A stretch of 62,000 bases of DNA from Octopus vulgaris (GCA_951406725.2 OX597815.1:35670001-35732000), one strand, 5' to 3'; positions 12,978 through 26,140 are shown, counted from the stretch's first letter. Made by a program: numbers and translations. The notes: generated by a model from the sequence alone, not told the origin.

Positions 12978-13149
12978 CAATTTTACATTAAACTGAAGGA
13001 TTACTCGATACTTTTGTAGAGTACAAATCTATTATTCCTCAACAAGAATAGTATTGACTGTAACTTTGAAGTTTCGGCCAAATAAGCCATCATTGGGCGT
13101 ATGATGGCTTAATCATTGTCAATACTATTCTTATAAAAGAATTCTCTCT

Positions 13150-14115
13150 TTCTCTCGATTAGATCTAATTACCTTTTGGTTATACACTTTTTATATGCAT
13201 CTGTATTGACTTTCTCTCTAACAATGCCTTTCCCTATATATTGCCCTTATGTAATTCTTTTCCCCAAATGAATTGCACTCCATACAGTGCAGTGACGTCC
13301 AATTCGAGGTCTGGTATAACTCTCAATTCCAAAGTTTGGTGCCAGCCCTCCAGTATCTTCCACACATATATTACTGCATACCTCTCTCTTCTCCGCTTCT
13401 GGGAGTAGAGTCATAACTATTTCAGTCTCTCCCAGTAGCTCAGCTGATGTAATCTTCCTTGTGTAGCATCACTGAACCGCCTCAAGTTCTGCTATTAATC
13501 TGACACTGTAAGGTGACCACAGTTGACAACAGTAGTCCAGATGGCTGAGTTTCCTGGTCTCTTGTTCTGAAGGTTTTCAGAATCCATCCAGCCATTCGCC
13601 AGCATAGTGCCACCATCGTTGCTCATATCAGTCCCAAGATCATGCACCGTATGTGATTCTACGACTGCCGCTCCTTTTCGTTCAAAGTATCATTGTTGAG
13701 ACTTCTGAGTACCAATTAACTGGTAGTGGAGGGTTTGGAATTTGCCTGCATTAAATTGCATGTTGCTGTCCTCAGCCCATTTATATATGGCATCTAGGTC
13801 TTTCTGTAGGGGATTAACATCAGAAGGTTCCTTGACTGCTTGTACTACTTTTGTGTTGTCGGCATAGCTTAGTAAGTGTGGCTGTCTGTGTAACTGATGG
13901 CATATCTAAAAGATCCACCATAAACAGTAGCAACCCCAACACAATTCCCGGAGACACTCCACTTTCTATTACTATCTCCTTGGAGAGGGTTCCGTTCGCT
14001 GCTACAGCCTCGTTTCTGTCTTTAAAGAAGCCAAGCAACCACTCTCTGAGTCTGCGACTTATCGTCCCGTGATCAACCTTATAAAAGGCCTTTCCAAAGT
14101 CGACATGTATGACAT
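13150..14115 (-). pseudogene. Degenerate CR1/L2-group LINE RT fragment
   Basis: DVIHVDFGKAFYKVDH, SGVSPGIVLGLLLF, DDTKVV..DLDAIYKWAEDSNMQFNAGKFQ, RRERYAVIYVWKIL; multiple stops and frameshifts. Confidence 0.85.
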
Positions 14116-14137
14116 CCATGTGTGAGCGATTCATATG

Positions 14138-14236
<99 letters not shown>

Positions 14237-14429
14237 ATATATATACATATATATAATAATAATATTAGGGAGTAAATCCAAACTTACATGGAAAAATTAG
14301 ATTTAGGATTAAAGTTTATATATTCCGTGTATTCTAAATGTATCTTAATGAAAACGTTATTGTCTTTTGTACACCCTAATGATTTTGCATGCAAAGTATT
14401 TAATATGCAAAATTATATACTCACTTTTA

Positions 14430-14900
<471 letters not shown>

Positions 14901-15146
14901 TATTTATATATATTTCGAAATTTTTATTTTGTTTGTGAAATGGAACAATTGTTGGTGAATATATTGTTTAATTCATAAATTAATTTGTATCCATTAGATC
15001 TGTTTTCAAACTCGATAATAATGTTTGATATTTTACCATATTTTATATAATATATTCATTGAAAAGAATGTCTTCAAAATTCAGTATATTAAACAAATGT
15101 ATCTTGGATAAATATCCCTAAATAGCCTCACTGTGACTATATATAC

Positions 15147-15219
<73 letters not shown>

Positions 15220-15220
15220 C

Positions 15221-15305
<85 letters not shown>

Positions 15306-15310
<5 letters not shown>

Positions 15311-15470
15311 TTTAAGCAGCAGAAAATTCAACAAAATCTGTTACTCTGAGTTTCTCGTTGAGTAACAGATTTTGTTGAATTTTCTGCTGCTTAAAATAAA
15401 GCATATTACTCTACCACTGGTATTTGAGTACTCTTTTTTCCACCTTGTTTCACATTTATGTGTTTACTCC
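15306..15470. repeat. (TA)n-embedded repeat with perfect 41-bp fold-back
   Basis: 15306-15346 is the reverse complement of 15360-15400; 13-nt spacer. Confidence 0.9.
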
Positions 15471-15510
<40 letters not shown>

Positions 15511-15583
15511 GTATATATATATGTATATATATATATATATGTATATATATGTATATAGATATATATATATATATATATATATA

Positions 15584-18500
15584 TACTTTGATACTTTGAT
15601 ACTTTGATAGGTTTCGGCCATTATTGGCCCAGGCCATGTCTAACTTAATAGCACCACCTGGTGAAGTCTTTCAAGTCAGAATTTGGGCACTATGGCCCAC
15701 TCAAGTAGAGAGTTATTGTTTGCAGAGACATATCCGGGTGTAGGGGGTTTATCCGGGATTTCTTGAAAGAATCTGTCCAAAGACTTCTTGAACCCTATAG
15801 GGTCAGTTTCTGTTTTAATGTGTTTTGGTGTAATGTTAAAGAGAGCGGGGCCAATTGAGGTGAAATAATTGTGCCGTATTGTTGTTATGAGATGAGAGTG
15901 CGATTTTTGTTTTGGGCGGATGGCACGGGGCCCAAGCCTTGGATGTACCTTAAAGGTGATGCCAACATCATTTGGGCAATGCTGATGGAATATTTTCCAC
16001 ATCATGCAGATGATGTAGCGCTCACGACGACGTTGGAGAGAATAGAGTTTTAGCTTTTCTAGTCGACCCCAATAGTCGAGGCCTGTCATGCCATCTATCT
16101 TTTTTGTGATTGCCCTTTGAGGTGCTTCAACTTTTATGATACCTTGTATTGTGTGGGGAGACCACAGTGGACAACAGTATTCAAGGTGGGGTCGGACAAA
16201 AGTGGAGAAGAGAAGGATAATGGTGTGGATATCTCTCGACTGGAAAGTTCTGAGAATCCAGGAACACATTCTGCGGGCCATGTCAACTTTGGTGTTTATA
16301 TGAGTGGCCCAGCTTACGTTGTTGTCCACAATTACTCCCAAGTCTCTGATGTTGTTGGACGCCGCGAGAGTTTCACCTGAAGGAAGGGAGTATGGGAGTT
16401 TCAGGGCATCCTCTTTTCCAAAGTGGATTAGCTCAAATTTATCCTCGTTCAGCAGCATATTGTTTTTTTCTGCCCATTGGATAACAGCCAGTAGATCTGA
16501 CTGAAGGCATGTCCGGTCACCCGCCTCATTTATGACCTTCTGTAGCTTGGAGTCATCTGCAAAGATTTTTATGTTGCTGTGCTTGATGATGTCATTAATG
16601 TCATTAATGTAAATGATGAAAAGAAGTGGGCCCAGCACAGTGCCTTGCGGAACGCCACTACTGACTTTGGCTGGGCTTGATTTTACCCCTTCAACTACAA
16701 CATGTTGAGATCTGTCTGTCAGGAAACACTTAATCCATTTCAGTAACTTTCCAGAGACACCAATGTTGGATAGTTTTTTCAATAGGATCTTGTGATCGAC
16801 CCTGTCGAAGGCCTTACTGAAATCAAGGTAGATGACATCGGTGTTGGAGCCCTCTCCCAAAGCTCTCAAAATGTCCTCAAAGTGATGCAGGAGCTGCGTT
16901 AGGCAGTCCCTTCCATTACGGAACCCATGTTGGTTGGAGATCAGCCGTCTGTTGCTTTCCAGAAATTGGGTTATTCGAGATCTCACCACCCTCTCAAATA
17001 CCTTGATGATATGAGAGGTGAGTGAGATCGGACGGTAATTCACTGCAAGGGACTTGTTTCCCTTTTTGAAAACTGGGACAACAGACTGGGACAGAAGGTT
17101 TTTTGGAATATAGCCAGCATCCAGTGAGTTTCTCCACAGATTAGCAAGGGGAGATGCAAGTTGGTGTCGACACACCTTCAGGACACAAGCAGGGAACCTA
17201 TCGGGGCCTACTGCTGAATTGTGTTTTATTTCGTTTATCGCCGCTAAGACATCAGGGGCACTAAATGTTATGTCCGATATAGTGTGTTGGGGGTTGACAT
17301 CACTGATACAGCCCAGATCGGCCATATCAGGATTGCTGAAAACAGAGCAGTATTGTTTCTGCAGTATCTCGGCCATGGATTTGGCATTATCTTGGAGAGT
17401 GCCAGTTTCGTCAATTAGAGGGCCTACAGTGGAGACAGTGACCCTGCGTTTCCTCGCAAATGAAAAGAACACTTTGGGGTTGAGTTTGATTTTTTCAATG
17501 GCCCACTTCTCCTCAGCTGATCTTTGGTTATTGATGAGGGTCTTCATGCATTGTTGGAGGTTATATTTTTTGGATTCAAGCAGTGCGATAGCCGTCGAAT
17601 GTGTGTGCTGCTGTTGGCAGTACTTTAGTTTGTTAATTTTTTTGTTTGTTCTTTTTATTTTTCTGATAATGGTTTTTCTGTTTTGGGGGATTCTGCACTT
17701 TTTGTTCACAGGTCTTGGTGGGGAGTGTTTTGCACATATGTCTGTGACGGTGTCTACAAAGATCTGCCAAGATGTTTTATGGTTGGTGGAGATGTGTGTA
17801 TGTGTAAAGGACCAGTCAACATTTGATAGCTCGTTCCTGATTGCATCCCAGTTGGCTTTATGGAGATCCATGTTGTCAAATGGGTGGGCTGGAGGAAGGT
17901 CACTAGGATTAGCTTTCGGCTGGTGGAATTTCATGTTACAGAGAACCATGTCATGGTCTGAAAGAAGGGTTTTTTCCACTGTAACGTTATGTATAGTGTT
18001 AGTGTGGTTACTAAACACTAGGTCCAAAATGTTCTGATGTCTTGTTGGTGCAAGGACAAGTTGGGACAAGAAAAACTCATTCGTAAAGTCGAAAAGTGAC
18101 TCTGCTGCTTCTTTGTCAGCGGTTGAGGCGGGAGTGCTTGGTTTCAAACAGTTTGTAGTCCAGTCAACACAGGGTAGATTGAAGTCTCCCATCATGAGTA
18201 TGTTGCTAGAATGGCACTGTTGAATAAAGCACTTAATGCTGTTGAGGCATTCTTTAAAGCACAGTATGGGTGTTTGGGGCGGCCTATAGAGCCCAATTAC
18301 TGTCAGGTCATTGGCTTTGTTGTGCACGGTGACTGATTCACAGTAGCCGTTGGAGAATATACTATTTCCATCTGCCGTAAATGAATCATGCAGGAAAATG
18401 GCAGTTCCACCCTTCCTCCTGCCGATACGATCCGCGCGGATGGTTGTGAAATTCTTCACTCTCACTTCGGCTTCCAAGTGGGAGTTGTCAAGGTGGGTCT

Positions 18501-18900
18501 CAGTGAGAATGAAGAAAGGGATGTGGTGTGAATGGTTACCAACCCAGTCTTCAATGAATTGGACCTTCCATTTTTGTGCATTGATGGAAGGGCTGACACC
18601 TTGTGCATTGAGTAGGAATGTGGAGGTTAGTGTAGTGGCTGGTTTTGACTGTTGCAGGGGGCTTGGATTTTGTGTGTGTGTTAGTGGCAGCAATGTGGGG
18701 AATTGGTGCACTGGGGTAATAGCATAGGATGGTGTTGAGTGATGGCTAGAATGTTTTTGTGTATCTCTTTTGCCATGTTCAACATGGCTAAAAAGAATTT
18801 TCCTGCTTAGGGAGCAGTTTTTGGCTGGAGGTGTGGTTGCACTGTTGGATAGGGTTGTAGTTTCCACTTTTGTTGTTGTTGTTTTTGTGTCTTCCTGAAA
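15584..18900 (-). mobile_element. CR1/L2-group LINE, 5'-truncated in ORF1, with open ORF2
   Basis: APE endonuclease plus RT; 3' UTR with GGCCA-ATAA-TGGCC stem-loop and (TCAAAGTA)3 tail at 15584-15607; both ends in TA-rich microsatellite. Confidence 0.92.
15676..18899 (-). CDS. LINE ORF2: apurinic-type endonuclease plus reverse transcriptase
   Basis: LLNAQG..LTETHL..RADR..GG..YRPP..MGDFN..LDLVF..SDH (EN); [41 protein letters not shown] (RT); no internal stop; no authentic ATG before the EN domain. Confidence 0.92.
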
Positions 18901-19045
18901 AGACACATATATATATACATATATATACATATACATATAAATATATATATATATACATACATATACATATATATACATATATATATATATATATATTGTA
19001 TACATATATATATATGTATATATATTATATATATATATATATATG

Positions 19046-19077
<32 letters not shown>

Positions 19078-19083
19078 TGTGTG

Positions 19084-19129
<46 letters not shown>

Positions 19130-19134
<5 letters not shown>

Positions 19135-19290
19135 GACGGGCTTCTTTCAGTTTCCGTCAACCAAATCGGTCGGCGCGAGGCTATAGTAGTAGACACTTGC
19201 CCAAGGTGCCACGCGGTGGGACTGAACACGGAACCATGTGGCTAGTAAGCAAGCTACTTACCACATAGCCACTCCTGCGCCTTACCACAC
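19130..19290 (-). mobile_element. SINE family B, head only
   Basis: Matches the family B 5' region. Confidence 0.75.
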
Positions 19291-19303
19291 AACCACTCCT
19301 CTC

Positions 19304-19335
<32 letters not shown>

Positions 19336-19989
19336 TGTGTGTGTATGTGTGTGTGTGTATGTGTGTGTGTGTGTGTATTTCTATGTATGTATCTACATAT
19401 ATATATATGTATGTATGTATGTATGTATTATGTATGTATGTATGCATATGTGTATATGTGTCTATATATATATATATACATACACACATAAATACATACA
19501 TACATAATACTTACCTACATACATACGTACGTACGTACGTACGTACATACATACATACATAAATACATACATACATAAATACATACATACATACATACAT
19601 ACATACATACATACATACATACATACATACATACATACATACATACACACACTCATACCTCGGTATTACAGACCACCCTTTAACGAATTCCTGAAGCAGC
19701 GGACAAAAGCAAAGCGTATCAACAACGCCGCTTCACCATCCATGGGAAGTCTGATTTTAAATTAAAAATGTTGAATTTACTGTATTATAGTCTATATTTA
19801 CAGTGTACAGGTATTTTACATTGTCAGATTGGATAGCGTACTTGATTAAAAGTATAGTACTGTATTTATTCCTGTCTTTCGTAATGTGATTGTTGATATT
19901 AGCCACTCCTAACGTAACCTAACCGTAGTGTCGGTACCTACGGACAATCGGCTTCATCGGACCGGTGTTTCCCCCTTTTAATCCGTAGT

Positions 19990-20225
19990 ACCTATTTCTT
20001 TACTACCCACAAGGGGCTAAACACAGACGGGACAAACAAGGACAGAAAAACAGATTAAGTCGATTACATCGATCCCAGTGCGTAACTGGTACTTATTTAA
20101 TCGAACCCGAAAGGATGAAAGGCAAAGTCGACCTCGGCGGAATTTGAACTCAGAACGTAACGGCAGACGAAATACCGCTAAACATTTCGCCCGGCGTGCT
20201 AACGTTTCTGCAATCTCGCCGTAGT
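19990..20225 (-). mobile_element. SINE family A
   Basis: Near-identical to 5163-5394. Confidence 0.85.
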
Positions 20226-20585
20226 ACCGCGATATGAGTGTATATGTGTGTGTGTATGTATGTATGAATCCATATCGATATGCATATACATAGTATATAT
20301 GTATAAATACATTGGTCGATATTTACGAAGAAGGAAGCGAGTATTCAATATATTATAAAATATATTATATGTACAAAGCAACCAGCGGGCAGAATTGTTA
20401 GCACGCCGGGCATAATGCTTAGCGGCGTTTCATCCATCTTTATGTTGTGAGTGCAAATTCGGTTGAAGTCGGCTTTACCTTTAATCCTTTTGATGTCGAT
20501 AAAATAAGTTAAGCACCGGTGTTAATTTAATCAATTTGCTCCCTCTTGAAATTGCTAGTCTTGTGCCAAAATTTGAAACTAATAT

Positions 20586-20632
<47 letters not shown>

Positions 20633-20714
20633 CGTTGTTATTATGCAAAAGTGTTGTAAGTCCAAAGCATTGCTTTCCCAGAAAACGAAAAAATAGTTTT
20701 ACTATTCCATAGCA

Positions 20715-20950
20715 ATACCTATTTTTTTACTACCCACAAGGGGATAAACACAGAGGGGACAAACAAGGACAGACAAACGGATTAAGTCGATTATATCGAC
20801 ACCAGTGCGTAACTGGTACTTATTTAATCGACCCCGAAAGGATGAAAGGCAAAGTCGAACTCGGCGGAATTTGAACTCAGAACGTAGCGGCAGACGAAAT
20901 ACCGGTAAGCATTTCGCCCGGCGTGCTAACGTTTCTGCCAGCTCACCGTT
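20715..20950 (-). mobile_element. SINE family A
   Basis: Near-identical to 5163-5394. Confidence 0.85.
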
Positions 20951-21136
20951 GTACTACACTTCGGCAATTTTTGATATCTTGGCATCTGAAGCAGCTGGAG
21001 TCATGATAGTCTGACCAAAAGAACCGGCTATTGTAAGCAAGAATAAATATTGAAAACAATGCATTTGGCGAAATTTGGACATACGACAGTTTCACATAAT
21101 AGCAACGATATATATGTGTGTGTGTAAGTATATGCT

Positions 21137-21213
<77 letters not shown>

Positions 21214-21589
21214 ATATATATGCATATATATGTGCGTGAGTGCGTCTATCTGTGCGTGTGTGTGTGTATGCGTGTGTGTTGAACGATGTGTAGAATATTT
21301 ATAATGCATATATCAACTTATAATTTCTAGTGCCTATATTTACATACATACATACACACATACATACATACATACATACATACATACATACATACATACA
21401 TACATACATACAAACAAAGTTAATACTCTGTGATATAAGGTAACGATATGATACCTGAGGTTTAGCCTTTCTGAAAGCAGACTATCCTTCAAGGAATGAA
21501 TTAAAAGAAAGAAACTTGCGCTGTGGCCTTAATGCCTTTTTCCATCACCCTATGCAGCCGTATATACGAAATCCCCATGTGAAGTAAAT

Positions 21590-21597
21590 TTACGCAA
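21590..21597 (+). promoter_or_regulatory. C/EBP-type bZIP site TTACGCAA
   Basis: Consensus match upstream of the 22307 gene; short motif, could be chance. Confidence 0.3.
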
Positions 21598-21920
21598 CGA
21601 AATCGAAGTAAAATTGCCGCGTTATTCGAAAACGGATATTCATTATTATTGATTGGATAGTAAAGTCGATGAAGTAATCAAAAATATTCGGTAATCTAGT
21701 TCAAGCGTTAGAATAACTAAAGTGTAAATAAATCCTTGACCGTATTCAATGAGCGGGTTTTTACACAAATATAACAGTACAGTTCTTAATACCTGTTCTG
21801 AAGGTAATATACCCGTGTAATTACATATCCGCATAAATTTTAATATTTGAATTCTTTCTGCTAGTAATAAATTCCTGTCGTCTCTGTTGTGTGTAATGTT
21901 TGTTGTTACGGCGCATTCAA

Positions 21921-21928
21921 TGACGTCA
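21921..21928. promoter_or_regulatory. Full palindromic CRE TGACGTCA
   Basis: Exact match about 100 bp upstream of the TATA box. Confidence 0.6.
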
Positions 21929-22027
21929 ATTTGCGTTGGAGGTGCGGCTTCTTAATAAAAACGGAGGGGTGGAGCTTAGCCATATACGGCTGAAGTGGGA
22001 AATTAAACTGAAATGAGATCAGACAGC

Positions 22028-22063
22028 TATATAAGCTATCACGGCGTTACGAAACTTTATTCT
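22028..22063 (+). promoter_or_regulatory. TATA box (TATATAA 22028-22034) and Inr-like TTATTCT (A at 22059)
   Basis: 31-nt TATA-to-Inr spacing; no ATG seen between 22059 and the ORF start. Confidence 0.55.
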
Positions 22064-22306
22064 GAAACTTTGACACTCACCAACGAAGTACACAGTGAAA
22101 TAGTGAAATATCTGAAGTGAGAAACACTCGACTTATAAATTCAAATCGAGGAACTTTTTAAAACTAAACTAAACGAAAGAAGGTACAGTGAAATATTTAT
22201 TTGAACTTTCATCTAATTTCATACAGACTTCGCTCAGCAATATTGCATAATATCGTCGCTGCCCTGTGAATTTTCTTACCAAACAAATTATTTCTATTTC
22301 ATCAAC

Positions 22307-22933
22307 ATGCTTGATAACGAAGTATATTTGAAATACGGACCCTACCGTCGCATTCGCAGAAATGCTTTGGCCAATATAATGGAAGGGTTAAATCAAGAAG
22401 CCGTTAACTGGCTGTCGAAAAATATTGCACATCAGTCCAATTCGGTTGACCATCGATGTGAGAAATATACTGATGATGAAAGTAACGTTAGTGGTGATGA
22501 AGGCGACGATGAAAATGAGAATGATGATGACGACGACGATGACGATGCCGGAGGCGTTGAAACCGTCGAAGAAAAAAAAGATGGGAAATATCTGGCTATA
22601 GATGAAGAGAAATCCGTGTTAAATCAGGAAAATAATGAAGGCATTACCTGCCAGAACGATTCTGAATTAAACAAGGCGGATTGTTTCAGACGTCTGAGTT
22701 CACCTATGGAATGTCGATTCCAGTCGTCATTTGCGGCGATCCGGCGGAATGCTTTACACAATTTATTGGAAACATTAACACCAGCCGAAATCTCAACACT
22801 TGGCAAGTTGTATCAGTTGCAACATTCTGTGAAGGACTTAACTTTAGAACAAGAGCGATTCGATCACTTGGTGACACCTGTTCAATACCCATACATTGAG
22901 ACATATTTCGACAAATATTTAACCCAAGTATGA
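22307..22933 (+). CDS. 208-aa single-exon ORF with two PKI-like PKA pseudosubstrate repeats, acidic linker and NES-like motif
   Basis: Non-repetitive ORF; A at -3 of ATG; internal about 30-aa duplication IRRNALANIMEGL.. / IRRNALHNLLETL..; lies in an approximately 2.3-kb island free of SINEs and microsatellites. Confidence 0.8.
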   Translation: MLDNEVYLKYGPYRRIRRNALANIMEGLNQEAVNWLSKNIAHQSNSVDHRCEKYTDDESNVSGDEGDDENENDDDDDDDDAGGVETVEEKKDGKYLAIDEEKSVLNQENNEGITCQNDSELNKADCFRRLSSPMECRFQSSFAAIRRNALHNLLETLTPAEISTLGKLYQLQHSVKDLTLEQERFDHLVTPVQYPYIETYFDKYLTQV

Positions 22934-24076
22934 TTGAAGATATTGCAACAAACGGAAGAGAAAATAAAATCATTTTAAATGTTTTAAAATGCCGAGAAAA
23001 AAAAACTGAAGCATGCGTTTCTATGAAAATTCCTTATCGGTCAAAATTTCTGAAATGAGCAGAAAGAAGAAAGAAATTATACCAAGTAGGGCGAAATGAG
23101 ATAGAACAGGATTTTGTCCATAGAAACAAAGCAACGAACAAACCTTTTTCACTAAAATCTCTGCTCATAAAAAGCAGACGACCGATTGAATGGGCTTACA
23201 GAAAATATGTATGGTGAGCAGAGATTGTGCATATGTTATGCATTTTGTGTTTTCTCAATTAGCATGCAGTTTTGTTTTGATTAATTTATATATTTTCTGC
23301 GTGCGAAATATTTGATGACTAACAATTTGTTAACGAGAAATAATGGATAAGAAGCATAAAATGTTTCGAAGTAAACTCTATATTGTTCAAAAGGAAAAAA
23401 GAAAAAAAAAACGAACAAAGAAAAGAAAATGGAAGAAAAAAGATCGACTAACCCGTATTGAATGAGAGACGAAAGAATTTCTTTTTGAATTTTTTTTTAA
23501 CTGGAATGCTTACATAATTCGTTCGCTTATTTATTTACCAAAAGACTCCGAAATATCGAGTAAGAAGATTACCTGTTAAAAACTGAACATTAGAGACAAG
23601 TGTGTTCTTCTGATACACACGCTTGCACACAAAACATTTGTAAACCAGACATGTGTATTGGAACTTACTTTTAAAAAGATACCAAAGCATAAACATTTTC
23701 TCCCGTTTGTGTATCATATCTGATATGTCATACAATGATATATATATATGTTATGTGCCACATAAAACAAAGTTTATTGTAACACTCACTCACACAAACG
23801 CACACACACATTAACTAAACATGAATAAACAAGTCGCTCTCAGCCGAAGACAACTACTTACTTCAACAGGTAGTTATAATCAACATCATTCTCCCTCTCA
23901 CTCTCACTCTCTCTCTCTCCACTTATATTTTATTTATTTATTTATGTTATAAACATTATATCGCATTCGATGTAAATTTTGTCATCCCTTTATTATCATT
24001 TAAAACAAACACGTACATGAACAATATATATATACATACATATATACATATATATGTGTATGTATATATTATATAT

Positions 24077-24151
<75 letters not shown>

Positions 24152-24269
24152 TATATTATATTATATTATACATACATACATATATTCATACATTCATACA
24201 TACATTGTAATATTTAGGGATGATAATTCGTTTTAGTCGAAAATCTAACGTCATCTTCAGCCAGTATAT

Positions 24270-24300
<31 letters not shown>

Positions 24301-24438
24301 CATACATACATACACAGCATATTCATTTTTTTTTAAAGCTAGTTACTGACTCAGTGATTCGCCCGATGTTGTTCGAGCATTCGTATCGAGCGAGTCAACT
24401 GCTAAACAGCAACGGAGGGAATCACTATTTTCATACAA

Positions 24439-24540
<102 letters not shown>

Positions 24541-25729
24541 GTGTGTGTGTGTGTACAACAAATAGTTTAGAAACACTTCATTAAAACTTATTTATATTTT
24601 TGGTTCACTTTTTTTTTCATAACGCAAACTCCCATTTTTAACTGTGTAGTTTCATGTATCATCTGTATCAGCATATATATATATATATATACACGTATTT
24701 ATATGTATATATGTATGTACTGTATGTATTGTAAACTCAAATTAGACCCACAAAGTGTACTGGTGCCATATCCAGAACTGTGCTGATATCACACACACGG
24801 AAATCCTATACCATGGTGATAATAATATATATTTCTTAAAAGAAAACTGTCATGTACCCACTAATCATCACCTCATCATCAGGAAGTTTTACACTTAATA
24901 ACATTTTTACAATGAGGCTGTGCTTAATGTCTTAAAATAATGTCTTGGTTAAATCTGTTTTGTACAACAAACGACGAAATAAAACACATGGTTGATACGA
25001 ACTAAATTTATCGGTTTTTGTCATTTTTGTTGAACGAAATTTGCAATAGCTGTCTCTCGGAGTCCCCCACAACTCACAGGAAACGAAAAGAATAATTTTT
25101 ACTCCCTTCAGTATTGTTGTGGTCTCACACAACAGAAATTACGACACTGGAATTTTTTTCACCTAAAATCTCAATTTTTTTTTAATATACTTGTTTTCCC
25201 CTTCACCACCACTATTTCCGTACACTTTTCGTTACCCATCTGTATGAGGTTTCGAGAGACAGCTATTCCAAAGATCCAGCTTCCGTTATTGAATTTTTCT
25301 TTACAAAACATCGTAAAAAATAAAACATGTACCGACTAGAGGAATAAGGAATTTCAAGAAGTTTTGAAAACAATATATTCGATCTTCAGTAACTGACAAC
25401 ACACTTCAACAAAGAATTATTGCTGTTATGTGATTTACCAACCAGTTTATATGAGAAAATATCCCATTGTTCACGGAAACCCGTTACGAAGAAATTTTTC
25501 ACACGTGAAAACAGAATTTGGGGAGGTGAATAATTATAATTCTTTAAAATGTAGTTTATTTTCTTTTATTTTCCTGGTCAGGTATAAAAGCCACAGATGT
25601 ATTTCGAAAATCAGGGGTTTACTTACGTTATGTCTAAAGGGAGATGTTATGCGAATGACGTTACTGACCCACCAAGCAATACCATTTTTTTCTCTTTTAT
25701 TCCTTTACTTGTTTCTTTTATTCTTTTAC

Positions 25730-25905
25730 CGGAGACCCGCCTTGAAGAGTATTAGTCGAAGAAATCGACCCCTGGACTTGTTCTTCGTAAGCCTTGTACT
25801 TATTCTATCGGTCTCTTTTGTCAAACCGCTATGTTACGGGGACGTAAACACACCAACCTCGATTATCAAGCGATGGTGTGAGGATAAACATAAACACAAA
25901 CACAT

Positions 25906-25937
<32 letters not shown>

Positions 25938-26140
25938 TTATATGAATATATATAGAGATATATATACATATATATATACATATACTCGATGGGTTTCTTT
26001 TAGTTTCTGTCTACCAAATCCATTCACAAGGCTTTAGTCGGCCCAAGGCTGTAGTAAAAGACACTTGCCCAATGTGCCACGCAGTGGGACTGAACCCGAA
26101 AACATATGGTTGGGAAGCAAGCTTCTAACCACACAGCCAC
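25730..26140 (-). mobile_element. SINE family B
   Basis: Matches other family B copies. Confidence 0.8.

Noticed and set aside
18900-19005. N-terminal MYTIYIYIY.. of the supplied 1109-aa ORF
   Set aside because: The ATG lies in the flanking microsatellite, not in the LINE
22183-22227. Possible 45-nt intron in the 5' leader (GT..CTAAT..CAG)
   Set aside because: Very short and untestable without transcripts; does not alter the CDS
24820-24890. Minus-strand CTGATGA with a downstream GAAAT
   Set aside because: No helix I or helix II pairing
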